A stretch of DNA of 59,136 bases from Atractiella rhizophila (taxonomy: Eukaryota). Numbering within the stretch: position 1 is the first letter of the stretch; every line of letters starts with the position of its first letter. Below, piece after piece: positions 24,900 to 37,016 of the stretch. The notes below the pieces were generated by a model. It was not told where the DNA came from. It was given only the letters and a program-made list of their open reading frames with translations, and did no database searches. Made by a program: the position numbers and the translations under genes. The stretch is from contig MU271312.1 of NCBI GenBank assembly GCA_021432655.1, forward strand, positions 1 through 59,136, given 5' to 3'.

Positions 24900-25564
24900 T
24901 TTTTAAGTAAATGGAGACGATTTGGGATGGGAAGAGAGAGAAAGAGAGGTTTTAAAAGTGGTAAAGAGAGTGAGACAGAATTCTGTTTCAACCACGGATG
25001 GATTGGTCCCTTTTTTTCACACCGATTGACACACTGCCTCTGTAGCACCACGTTATCCCCATCTCCCGCGTTGACCTCGAAAACGACTCACAAAGAATAA
25101 TTTATGCCCAACACACCAAATGTAAGTCTATTCCACTCGTTGACACCACGACCAGGCACTTCAGTCGTAATTTTGTTGTTGTGAGTCGTCGTTCAGCGCA
25201 GAGATGAGAATCATAGATGCGAGATGAGATCTGGCGCGTCCGACAATTGGCCGGGTCGGATGCATTCATCAACGCTCATTATAAGCTACGTCACGCGTCG
25301 GGCTCCAGGCGTCAACATTATTCCACTGTTTTGGGCTAATACTCTTGTGGATTGCTACATCTCATACAAGCGCTCTCCAGAGCTCTCAGAATAAATAAAC
25401 CAGGCCTCTTGGAAGAATTTTTGCCATAAAGTCAGCCAGCAGACGTGTTGAACTGTGATTCCACTTGAATGCGCCACACCCGCCGTCCGTGCCGTCAACC
25501 TAAGCGGGGGGTTTCCTCGGTTCCGTAAGCACAATGAGGTTGAACCAGCATCAAAGCAGGAGAC

Positions 25565-28489
25565 ATGTCGACGTCTGCGTCTCTCGTTCTGTACAAGAAG
25601 AAGACATACAACCTCCAGCTGAGTCAGGGAGAAAGAAAGCTGAAATGGACCCCCGTTCAAAGCGGAGGTGTTGAGGGGAGCGTGAGCACGGACAATTTGG
25701 TTGGTGAGTTGGTCTTTGTGCTTTTGGAGGGGAGGCGCGTGATGGACGTTTATTCTGTCAACATTGTTGTTTGAAGTGGTTAATTGTGAACTCTTCAGTG
25801 TAGAACCTGCAGAGCGCACGCCATGCTGCTAAGCTTAGATGCGTAACAGACGATCGTTTTTATGACTGAATCTCCATTCTGTACTCCTGTAACTTGTCAT
25901 TGTTCCTTTGGTGTTTTTAATCTAAACATGCGTACATATTTCTTGCTCGACGCCGTGCACCTCACCATTGTCCTTGAGTGTCACCAGACGCGATATTTTC
26001 ACTTGACAAAAGCTCAGACCTAATAAGTTTGATATGGACGCGTTCTTGCTCCTTCCCATGTCTTGCATACGTTGTGAACTGATAACAGAGGAAGCGTATG
26101 TCGTTTGCCTTGCGTGATTTCATGTTACGACATCATCCTAGCTCACCCTGATGCCATTATCACTGCTCTTGTCGCATCCACGTCTACCTATATATAAAAA
26201 GGCCTGTGTCACTTCCATGGTTAATTATTTATCTGACTTTTCCTGTTAAATTTGTCTTACAGAGTGTTTCCGAAAGACGGAGGAACCGTATCCTCCCAGA
26301 TTTGCCCCAACTGTTTCATGAAAAGTTCAGATGTTTGTAGTCATAACCATTTCAGGATATATTCAGATTGTTAGAGATTCTTTTGGCCGATGGTGATCGA
26401 TGTCCTCTAGAGAAATATTTACTACCTTTATTTGCAATGCAGCTTGGTAATTTTTGCACAGCCTCCTTGCATGTCTGTCTCATGTTATGACTGACGAGAT
26501 CATCCCCAGCGCTTTTTGCATCAAAGCCCGATTCTCCCAAGGTCGCTCTACGTATTACGGTCACACAGCCGTCCACTACGACGACAGAAGACCACAACTT
26601 TGTCTTTGTGAATGCCTCCTCAGCACTGTCGGATAGGGAGATATTGAAGAAAGAACTATCAGTCCTCCTAGCCGCGAATAAAGCGCGGAAAGCACAAGGG
26701 CCCGAGGAGGTGGTGAACGATGGCGGTAGGAGTGCGGAAGAAGAGATCAGGGTCAGGAGAGAGCTGTTTAAGAAGGACCCACAGCTTGCTGCCCTCCACA
26801 AGGAACTCGTGAGGGAGAGCAAGGTTATAACAGAGGAGGAATTTTGGGAGGGACGAGAGGTATGTTCTCCACCTGATGGCAGACAGAAGTGTGATTGAGA
26901 CGTTTTGGGAAGGCGTTGTTGGAGACGGAAAGCCTGTTGCTTTCTCAACAATCGGGAAGGATCGCACAAATGGTACAGCCAAAGCTGAAAGCCGCAGACG
27001 CCAATAAAGGCTCGACGTCGTCCTTGACAGTCGGAAGTGGAGGGAATGACGACCTCACAATCACGATCACGGCACAGATGATCCATGACATCTTCGAGAT
27101 GTTCCCTATCGTGGGCAAGATCTATGCTGAACGGGTGCCGAAACAAGTTCGTTTCAAGCGATCTCCATTCAGAGAAAGGGGCTGAACGAGTTGATAGCTC
27201 AGTCAGACCAGCTTTTGGTCGAGGTACTTCCAGTCCAAATTATTTCATCAACTCAATCGAACATACTCTACCGATGTCGCGAGCGCTTCGACGAACTCGA
27301 TAGATAACATTAAACCCGATCCGATCTTTGACTTGTACCTTGGCATGGAAGATGACGGCACGCTTTCTACCAGACCTGAGAGAGGTCATTCACAGTTGCA
27401 GCAGACATCGAACCAAAGAACCTACAAACGGACGAAGTCTATCGGCTGCTCGACCTGAGAGCGACTGAAGAAGATCATGGAGAGGTATACTTTCCTTACA
27501 TCGTGTTGCTCTCATGTCAGCTCACTGTGACATCGCAAACAGACTGGAAACACCAACGATTTCACTATGCAGGCCGGTCGGCAGAAGAACACGCTTCCAC
27601 TCATTAGACGGTTCAACGAACATTCAGAGCGACTGCTAGATGAAGCTTTGTGCGCTTTCATAGCCGATTTTCCATTCCCTAATCAGATAAATCATTAGGG
27701 GAAAGGAAGTTAAGCGCCGGAGGGTTGATCCATCAGTGAGTAGTGCATTAAAATAGATACATCCTGCTGACCAGTCTCTGTTGGAGGATCGAGCGTACTT
27801 CTCTGAGATCTTGTTGGATGATCTGGAAGGTCAGACGGAAGCCGATAGAATAGCAGCTCAAACTGCCTCCGAAGCTACTGCCAATGGAGCCACGGCTGCA
27901 CAGAAGGAAAAGGCAAAGGAAGAAGACGGTAAGGTTGAACAGGTCAGCCTGAACATTTGCCGGCTCGATTTGTAACTCATGCAGCTTTTTGTAGGACACT
28001 ATCCAGAGCTTTCGTGATGCTCGAGAGATGTTTCGAGATCGGGATCCAAATCTGGCGGACGTGGGTCATACAAGCTCTTCAGGGAACAGCTGTGCTGATT
28101 CTGCTGATTAGTTTGAAGTAGATGATAAAGCTATTTCATTGTCCATGCGGCACCTTTCTGCCATTTTGCGCGGTAGACATGATCGATCCTCTCGCGCTCT
28201 TCCAACCCTCCCACCTTCTCTCTTCAGGTCAGTCGTATCTTGCCAGGCGACAACGAATGAGTTCCTGCGTCACTTCTGGACCGCGGTTCTGTCAGTCCCA
28301 ATGGATGAAGCAAAAGCGGAGAAAATGATGGGATATCTTGGTGGAACGGAGGAACGCATTAATGGCATCATCGTGGAAGCACAAAAGCAGGGCGAAGCAG
28401 AGAGAGTTGCTGTCGCGATGCGAGGTGTCCAGGATCAAGTGAAGAAAGCCAGAGAACATTGGACTGAGAAGCGGCGGAAAAAGCCTTGA
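25565..28489 (+). CDS. TFB1: TFIIH p62 subunit (PH + BSD domains), multi-exon
   Basis: PH-like start (YKKK...LKWTP, then LFASKPDSPKV after an intron); BSD motifs LAALHKELV...ITEEEFWEGR, MIHDIFEMFPIV, FWSRYFQSKLF; LIRRFNEHSERLL; TTNEFLRHFW. Confidence 0.88.
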
Positions 28490-28818
28490 TTTTCATCATC
28501 ACGGTAGATAAGCCACTTCGATCCTCCAAATTACTAACGAAAACTGCGTGGGCCAAGCTGTCGTTTATTTCATCTTTGTCAATATCGCATCATCTACCTA
28601 ACTTATTATTCAGACTGTCGTCGTTCCTCACTTTCTCTTAGTGGTGGCGCTGAACTTTGAGTACTGAGTTGAGGCGAAGTAACAGTACATTTCTTACTGG
28701 TGTTCTGCTGTTGTAAAGAGAACGGGAAATTGCATTGTTCATTCGAACTAAACAAAAGATTCCTCCGTGCTTCTGCATCTCGTCCACCCAGGCCTCAGAT
28801 CCTATGTACCTTGCTTGT

Positions 28819-29311
28819 TCAAGCAGGGGTAGCGCCTTGTCAAAGTTAGAATTTGTGACTGCAATCAGAAATCGAAGCGCTTACCCAAGCTATCCGCAAG
28901 CTCAGTCGTGATCGCAACTTCCTTCGCGAACTGTGGGGGATCGTCGATAGGACCCTGGTAGCCCACACAGGCTATTCTGGCTTCCGCTGTTAATCGTTGA
29001 CAGTTAATCAGCACTTGAGACCGTTATTCTGAAAGATGAGCACGCACTGTCAGCATTGTTGCCAGAAAAGTCGCCAGCCTCGAAGGTAGTGCCCAGCGGC
29101 GTCAGACCATCAGCAATAACTGCTGGTGGGCATCCAGCTTCCCAGCTTGGGTATTGCTGTCGTTAGTTCGTGTGTCACTTTGTCAGGAAACGACTCACGC
29201 GGCTTGAAATTCATCCATAGTCAAAGCTGCTGGTTTGTTATAGAGCAGCCTCCAATCTGGAGCATAGAAGCCCGGGATGAGAGCGAGGATGAAAGGGAGG
29301 AATGTTTTCAT
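28819..29311 (-). CDS. Small secreted protein (~110 aa, 2 Cys), 4 predicted exons; paralog of 51105-51659
   Basis: TATAAAA ~50 nt upstream; signal-like MKTFLPFILALIPG; spliced product ...FQAAWEAGCPP...FEAGDFSGNNADTEARIACVGYQGPIDDPPQFAKEV...LGATPA*; intron positions shared with the paralog. Confidence 0.75.
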
Positions 29312-29791
29312 TTTCGTAGCTTGCGAGTTGTGATGAAAGGGAAAGATATTGTGCCTGCTTTTATATCTTTCCTGACTTGCTTCGATCCCGAGTGTTATTT
29401 CGAGATCAGGAATGGTGGTGTCACGAAGTGCAAACGCAGACTGCCAATGGTTCTCGTGTTCTTCTCCGCTTCTGCCACCAATGCGACCTATATTCGCATG
29501 CACCGTGCTCCCGAAGCTGCGACTGGGTGGAGCGAGACAGGGAAAGTCTTCGCGACTGGGAATAGGTCACACCTAGGTAAGTCGGACAGGTGTCCACCCT
29601 CTGTGGAGCGATGGCACGGAAACTACGGAATGTCGTTCCTTGCCGGTTGACCACAACAGCTGCGTTAACGTCACAACATCTGCACGACTGCATTGATTTA
29701 GATGTCGTGTATCGTACATGACCGTATCGTATTTAACCTGTTTGCTCGTGAACCTCGAATCTTCACATTGGAACTGGTAAAGGATCAAACT

Positions 29792-29859
29792 TCTATAGCC
29801 TACATTCTGCCGTCTTCAATAGCGATCTATAGCCTACATTCTGCCGTCTTCAATAGCGA
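29792..29859. repeat. Perfect 34-bp tandem duplication
   Basis: TCTATAGCCTACATTCTGCCGTCTTCAATAGCGA x2. Confidence 0.9.
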
Positions 29860-30086
29860 TCGGCGTGAAGACAGGGTGAACCGCAAACTTCTTGAAACAG
29901 AATGATAGCCTACAGACTCCCCTCTATCGTCCTACATATTTGAAAGTTCTGCAAAAACGAAGTACAAAAGTCCTTATGAAGCAATTAGATATTCTCATTA
30001 GAGGCATGCAATTTACATGAACACGATTTCAATATAAAAGTAAGAGACGAAGAGACCGTAGCGCAAAGATGTTCTGAAACGGCAAG

Positions 30087-32306
30087 CTACCACAGAGGAG
30101 CTCTTACAACTTCGCCCACACATCTCTCAAACGCTTCATCCCACTCTCTGTCGTTCAAATGTCCAAGTCTTAACCCCTTCTTCTTCACTCGTTCTATCAG
30201 TTCTCTCCACGTTTGATCTTCTTCAGACGCATCTCTGCATTCCATGCAGTCCACAGCCTCCATTTTGGGGACGCATGGAAGAAGAGATAAGAGACATTCA
30301 GGGATCTGCAAAAACTCTGTATTGACCAAGGTAAGGATTCGCAATTCAGCCCAGAATCGAGTCTTGGGGGAAACGGCCAAGGGAGCGAAAGGAAAGTAAC
30401 CTGTGAAGACCCTCACTGCGCTTGGTGGAAGGTCGATATCTTCCAGTAGCTGGCCAACTACGTCCTGATGTGCAGGAGACTTGACGTTGAGAGAGAGGCG
30501 GCCCTGGAAGAAGCTGATAAAGCGGACACAATCCTCGAGCCGAGAGGAAAAGATGTCCCAGTCGTAAATCTGCAAATGTATGAGTGAGCGTCTCGAAGAT
30601 TCAAGAAGAGCTTTCGCTGGTTCGTAGCTGATGGTAGAGGGGATAAGAATGAGCTGCTTCAGCTCAAAAATTGAGTTTTGGGTTGGTAAAGAGTGTAAAG
30701 CTGTTTGGCCGCCGAGGCAAAGAATTTCCATGTTCTTGTACAGTGGCAGAAGGGGGCAAATGGTAAGAAGGTCTATGGTGCAGTGTGAAGTCCAAGCCTC
30801 GACCCGAAGTACTTCCAACTTTTCCATCAGTGGGAGGCCTTTCCCTTCCTCTAACCATCCATTGCTGTAATCACGATTTCCCGTGTCCCTGATGACCAGG
30901 AAGAGCTGTACTAGGGACGTTTTGAACATCCCGATGAATTCCGCCAGCTCATTGGTACCGAGAGATCGCAGCTCGTAGCAGAAGGTGAGGACTCGAAGCG
31001 TCGTGGAGGAAGGTTCAAATAGAGTCGTCAGTGTCCGCATGTGGGTGAGGATGACTGACTGTCTATCTGGTTCTGGCGTCTCTGGGCTCCTCTCTATTCG
31101 AAGCTTTTGCAGGTGGAACTTGACAAAGGAGTTCACAAGGGTGCCAGACGGGAACTGCAGAATATTACAACCAACATGGAGGTCGATGAGATCTGGACAG
31201 AATAGTATGGAGTGTAGGAAAGGCGATGACGGCATGCGGGAATTGAAAGAGAAGGCAGGAGAATCGGTATAAGTGGAACCATCAAAGATGAGCTGCTTCA
31301 GAGTCCTGGGAAGCTGAAAATCGGCTCGTGGAAGCGGCGGTACAAGGTTGGATGATCGGATGTTGTTCACTCTCTTCCATGAGATATCGAGAGATTCCAA
31401 AGCAGGTAGACCGTGCAAGATGTCGTATATAAAGGGAAAGAAACCGTTGTAGACGTCCACGAAAGCGAGGGATTTGACGAGATAGCATCTGATTGGGTTC
31501 TCAATTAGAGCATGGTTGAAGAGCACTGCTCCGTATCCATCTGTCCCCTCAAACTCCACTGATCCGTATTGAAAGCCACGGGAGACGTTCCACCATCTGC
31601 GGCAGACCTGCGAAAGTATAGCCACAGTAGACATACGGTAACCGGAGGTAAGAAAAAGTTCGAAGATGTAAACGAGAAGTTCAAGAGGAATGGGAAGGTC
31701 CCGGGAATGAGGTAACAGAGGGAGCTGATTGGTCATTTGTATTTGGAGTGGTCTGATGACATCCAATACTCGATGATCTGGTACGAGAATTGATTGAACT
31801 TGCTTGAAGTCAATCTGTCGTAGCATATGCCGAGGATGAGCAGGAGGGATGATATGGTTCCGAAACAGTTCCCATTCTTTTGGCAGTCCGCTTAATACAG
31901 CCATCGCTATGACATCGTCCGAAACAGGGTATCCCCAGAAGCCAAGTTCTGCTGCATTCTCGCGTACAGAGTCGATGTAAGAAGCTAGGGAGCAGGAGGG
32001 TTCGTATGTGGCGGACCAGAAAGAGCGCAAGGTACTGAGCAGGTTGTTGATGTTCCCTTTAGGGGATGTTCGAGAGCTTGCGGGTTGAGAAGGGGAGAAA
32101 GGCGGAATAATGTCTGTCGAGCTGGATTTGCTAGCAATCGTGAATGTGGGAGATGGCGGTAGAGCCGGGTCATACGACGTTGGCATTCCAGTTGCATAAT
32201 TGGAGTTTGAAGGAATGCTAACAGGGGAAGGTTGAGGAAGTCCAGGAGGATTGTCATCGCTCTCGTTGAGAATGGGAGATGGCGGAAGACGTGGGAGTTG
32301 AGACAT
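30087..32306 (-). CDS. Intronless protein: Pro/Ser-rich N-terminus + copia Gag-like (Retrotran_gag_2/UBN2-type) domain + F-box + LRR-like region, ~739 aa
   Basis: Uninterrupted ORF. Gag-like segment SLASYIDSVRENAAELGFWGYPVSDDVIAMAVLSGLPKEWELF; F-box LPIPLELLVYIFELF...ILSQVCRRWWNVS; repeated LxxLxL motifs (LPALESLDI, LKQLIF, LQKLRI, LRVLTF, LEVLRV, LRILTL). Confidence 0.8.
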   Translation of the reverse strand: MSQLPRLPPSPILNESDDNPPGLPQPSPVSIPSNSNYATGMPTSYDPALPPSPTFTIASKSSSTDIIPPFSPSQPASSRTSPKGNINNLLSTLRSFWSATYEPSCSLASYIDSVRENAAELGFWGYPVSDDVIAMAVLSGLPKEWELFRNHIIPPAHPRHMLRQIDFKQVQSILVPDHRVLDVIRPLQIQMTNQLPLLPHSRDLPIPLELLVYIFELFLTSGYRMSTVAILSQVCRRWWNVSRGFQYGSVEFEGTDGYGAVLFNHALIENPIRCYLVKSLAFVDVYNGFFPFIYDILHGLPALESLDISWKRVNNIRSSNLVPPLPRADFQLPRTLKQLIFDGSTYTDSPAFSFNSRMPSSPFLHSILFCPDLIDLHVGCNILQFPSGTLVNSFVKFHLQKLRIERSPETPEPDRQSVILTHMRTLTTLFEPSSTTLRVLTFCYELRSLGTNELAEFIGMFKTSLVQLFLVIRDTGNRDYSNGWLEEGKGLPLMEKLEVLRVEAWTSHCTIDLLTICPLLPLYKNMEILCLGGQTALHSLPTQNSIFELKQLILIPSTISYEPAKALLESSRRSLIHLQIYDWDIFSSRLEDCVRFISFFQGRLSLNVKSPAHQDVVGQLLEDIDLPPSAVRVFTGYFPFAPLAVSPKTRFWAELRILTLVNTEFLQIPECLLSLLPCVPKMEAVDCMECRDASEEDQTWRELIERVKKKGLRLGHLNDREWDEAFERCVGEVVRAPLW

Positions 32307-35145
32307 TATAACCGAGTCCTGCGTCACAACGGAAAGGGTCTGTATTGGTCATATTTTAATAGACAGCGAAAATATCTCGTACAGATCAGATTAGAATGAG
32401 GTATAGGGATCGACGCAGCTGAGAGTTGTTGAGAGATTTGACGCTAGCTGCTTAATCTCATAGAATTGCCCTGGCACATATCATGCGCCTAAAGTTATGG
32501 ACAGATGTCTAACTAAATTGTGGCGACGTTCCCCCAGCTAAGACCCTAGTGGTAGCTCACGTTGGCCTGAGCTTGGAAGGAAAGCACAACGGTATCTGGT
32601 AACGATTCTAGACACAGTATCACGATAAAATTTTCCCTCGCCCAGCATTTTGCAATCTCTCAAAGTTATAGCCAAAGTCTGATTGTGCCACAGACAAGCA
32701 AAGAGGAAGTGGGAATATACGCTAGTCCTTCTATGCAAATGCAGATCCATCAACTCACTTTTGTTCGTCGATAAAGATATGCCTTTCATCCTGATAAATC
32801 CACTTCACGTCGAGAAAAGGTTCCTTAAAGCGCAAAAACAATTTGTTTTGAGAACAAATAAAGAGCTCAATTCAGCCCTATCTCATGCAGAACGCAATGA
32901 AGAACGTAGTTCGAGAAGTGTCAATATCAACAAATGGTAGTCATGACAATCAGCGGAGAGTGCAGCCTTCTGTTGACTCAAAGGAGGCTTCCTTTCACTC
33001 ACTGCGTACTAGCTTTGTCAAGAGTATCAGAGTATGATGATAGCTGTCGCTGTTCGCGTGTTATCCTCTCGAGGGAGAAACATTCAAAAGGAGTTCAAGT
33101 CATAAGAACCCTTCATATTAAGAACGTACATACTATGTCTTGGGCGGTCTGGTATGAACTTGCCCCAGGGTTTCCACAGAAAGAAAGGCAGAGGATGTAT
33201 GACCTCCAGCGTCTGAAAAAGAAGGAGTAGAAGGTGGAACGTACCTGAGAGCCACTTCAGTTTAGACTGTTTACATTCTCCTGTTCCTGGCTTTCCTTCA
33301 CGTTATACTTGTAACTTTGCGACCGTAACTGATAGCTGTCAATCTGTGCTGCCATGCAGAAGACAACTAGAAAGACGAACAGATGACTTTGCGCCACCCT
33401 CTGATTCGGAGGTTACTCTTGGCTGTTTCTTGACAGAGCAATATCCTGGGCACTGTCAGACGACTCTGTTGAGCTGACTTCTTGCAAGCTGCATGACTCA
33501 CCCCCCATTCCATGATTCACACCATGAACCACAAGGAAGGTAAATTCACAAATATGATGTTCTCTACGTTGGCTAGATGACTAGCTGCACGTTGTATTGC
33601 GCCTCCCTGAGCAGAATATCCCAGCCATGTAACCCGCGAACACTGCCCGTTTGATTCCTGCTTTCTAGTCATGGTCCTGATTCCGCCACTCCAGAGGTGA
33701 CCCGACGATGCCGCACTGGGTCGGAGACAGATGTGGCGTGTGGCTGCTCAGGGCTGCTGGTATAAAAGCTTTTGCGTTAGAATGTACGCCTTCAATAAGC
33801 GATTCAGTATGTCTAATCTCGCTGCCATCATGAGTTTTTCAAACAGCCGTTTATGCATCTCCCGAGTCAAAGGCAAGACAGTGAGCAACGTTCCTCTATA
33901 TCCATATTATACGCCGATAAAGTGTAACAAGTTCTAATACTGGTTTTGGTCTCGCCGCCGCTCAACATGTCCTGAACTTGGGCTGCTCACACCCGATCCT
34001 TGCTGCCCGAAATATCTCGAAGGGGAACATGCGCGCTCTTCGCTACTCTCTAGCACTAGCACGGGACTTCAGAAGCCTACAATATCGGTATGGGAACTCG
34101 ACATGCTCTACTTCGAGAGTGCGATCCGCTTCGTCTCTCGCGTCGAAAACGAGCTCCGGGTGCTAGGCGCCCAATTCTCAACACTAGACTCGCGAACACG
34201 AACTAGACCATCTCACTTGATAGAGGGGAGACCACCTTGTAAGTGAATCGACTGCGCTCCTAGGGATCCATCCAATTCCTTCTTTGCACCGAACTGCAGA
34301 TCAGAGGTGGGAGGCTAATCTCTCGTGCGTCAGTTCGGAGGTTCACATGCACCTTGTCTTCTCTGAAAGGAAGCCACGAATTCTTCGTTTCTTCTCAACG
34401 TCAAATCGAACGGTGGTATAACACGCGAAGGTATTCCGTCTCGAAATTTCTGCTCCAATTTGCATCCAGATGCTTGCTCAAGCAGCGAGGGGCGACGGCG
34501 TAGTGGTCAACGCTGTTCAGCCGGGATTTTGCAAATCCAAGCCTCTGTCGAGGGAAGAAGGAGCTCCTCCGGTGTTCAGGTACATGTAATGGCTGCTAGG
34601 GAGAACTACGGAGGAAGGAGCGAGGGTTTCAGACCCATGCTACACAATCAGGGAAGGAAACGCATGCCAGCTACTTGGAACATCAACTCGTCTATGGTTT
34701 ATCCTTCCCTTCTCGCTGCTCCTCATGATAATCTGTTCAGGAGTTTAGCTGTGTCTAATCAAGGAAATCGACTCGCGGAAATGGGTTGGAACGAGATTCT
34801 TGTCGTCTTAGAAGGAGCTGACCGTGATTTGGCGGCGAAGTTGGACGGAGTCCCTGAATCAGGGCCAGTCGATAAAACTGCCCTCCATATTGTGCGCTGA
34901 GCCTACAACTTATTTTTTCCATTCCTTAGACGCTGATGGACTTTCCCATCTGTGATAACTTGAAGCCACATAACGGGAGTTGTGCAACGTATTATCAACG
35001 TCGAAATGAATGCTGTGCTGTCTAAGCTGCATAAGACAAGGACAACGTTATTCGAAAGGCAGCTGTAGTATGCTAACGACATTGAGCTTTAAGCTTAAGA
35101 CAACAACAACAATAATTGATGTCATTTTTTTCATTTACCTCTCCA

Positions 35146-36385
35146 TTATAGCCCTTTATCATTTTCTGCGGCTTCTGCCTCCTTCCACTTGTCAATGCTG
35201 CCCTCGAAGATCCACCATCCTGGCAATGGAGATACGGTGTCCACGGTGGCTTTCGTGCCCACCAAACCGGAAACCATGGTAGTTTCGATTTCCAATCCGT
35301 TATCCATCAGTTTGACGGGAACGCTTGCATACGACTTTGTAACTGCCGTGCTATCGAGGTAACCGTACCGGACGCCGTCGAGGACGAGGCAAGCGGAATC
35401 CTTTTTGTCAGGGGGACTGTATTGCTTCCTCCCCTTTTTATCCCAGAAGCTGAATGCGGTGATCCATCCTGACCCAGCCATGAGAAGAGAACTGCATGAA
35501 GAAAAGAGACGCATGCCTGAATAACGGGAAGAACCGCTGCCATATCTCTCGTGGGAGTAGATTCTACTCCAGAATTTCCTGTTGTCCTGACCGTCTGGGT
35601 CGTCGAAAGCTGCAACAAAACGATTCAAGATTGGTCGCAGGTTTCTGGCAAACAGGGCTGGCTCTTCCCCGAACTGTTCAAACTTATCCAACTTCTCCAC
35701 CAGCTTGATCCAATCCTGCTTCTCTCCCTCCAAAGTAACCAGGGGAAGCCCGCAAAGCAAAACGCCGGTGTAAGAGAAGTAAGATTGCAGTGTGGCCATC
35801 ATGAGCACAGCGGAAACGACTGTATCAATTTCCGTTGTCGTAGTGAACGAGGGCAGGATCCAGTCAGTTAGGGTTTTGTCGACCACGTTTTTGGAAATTT
35901 CTTCAGAGAAAAGTCGAGCCATGAAGCCAAAGTCGACGGTATATCGATTTCCTTGCAAAAAGACGATCAACTCTTTTTTGCCTTCATGTGCAACGAAATG
36001 TTGACGGAGTTCTTCAGAGTGGGCATTGACGTATACATTGAATTGTGATAGGATGGCGATCCTGAGTCGAATCAGAGATTACATCTTTACAGGAAAGGAA
36101 GGCATACCAAACGTCGTCTGGTCTAATGATGACCTTATGGTGATGATTGTACGCCATTACCAGCGTGTCAACTAACCCATTCGTTTGAGGAATGATGCTT
36201 GACTGCCTGTATTCCTTCGGAGAGATGGAGCTTTGAAAAATCTCTGGATTTGGTTTAACCCGATAGAAATCAGATAATTCTGTCTTCATGAGATGGGCCA
36301 ATGGGTTGGAAACTGCTGTTGTATCATGACAATCGACGTTTTTTATACCAACTGGCTTCTTTGAAGGGCGGAAAGTAACTGGCAT
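35146..36385 (-). CDS. DUF4419-domain protein, multi-exon
   Basis: MPVTF start; NGLVDTLVMAYNHHHKVIIRPDDVW|IAILSQF, FVAHEGKKELIV, WILPSFTTTT, LMMATLQSYFSY, CGLPLVTLEGEKQDW, GWITAF. Confidence 0.88.
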
Positions 36386-37016
36386 GGTTTGAGTCTGAGA
36401 TAGATAAGTCGATCGAGGATTTCTCCTGTTGAATGTCGATTGTCGAACGTTACACCCAGGACGCCGTCTCCAACTTATAATCCCTGGAACTGAGTCAGCG
36501 GTGAAAGGAAGCAAAAATGTGTTGTCATACTATCGAGCCTCGAGCTACCTGAGAGCAACTATATCTCGACATCTCATGTCGACTCATGAGCTATACATGC
36601 GTCGGCTGAGGGCTCAGGCGCTCTTCATCCGTTTAATGATCCAACCTGAGGGTCCAGGCCAGCGACTCAGATGGAGCATAAAACCTTCACGCGATCATGA
36701 TATCATGATGGGAGTTACGACCGCCACGTCATCACCTCAGTTGATTTGGAAGAGAGAACACGATCGTGAGCACTGGAAGTTGTGATTGTAGAAATGAAGT
36801 GAATGAAGGTGAACACTGGAGGTGGAGTTAAAGCACATATGGGAGAGTGCATTCCGAATGAGAAACACTTTTTCTCATTGATTACATGTATTAACTTACA
36901 CCTAAAATCCAACACACAGATCCAACAAGAGGGCGAGAGAAAAACGAAAACATATTGAGGAATGCAACCAAGCATAGATAAACAAGTAGCATATCACGAG
37001 AAACATTCATCAGTTC

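Noticed and set aside
23133..25051. Long overlapping ORFs in alternative frames
   Set aside because: By-products of low-complexity Pro/Ser/Gln coding in the CSL N-terminus.
29126..29650. 174-aa plus-strand ORF
   Set aside because: Overlaps antisense to the spliced secreted-protein gene and its promoter, which is supported by a paralog.
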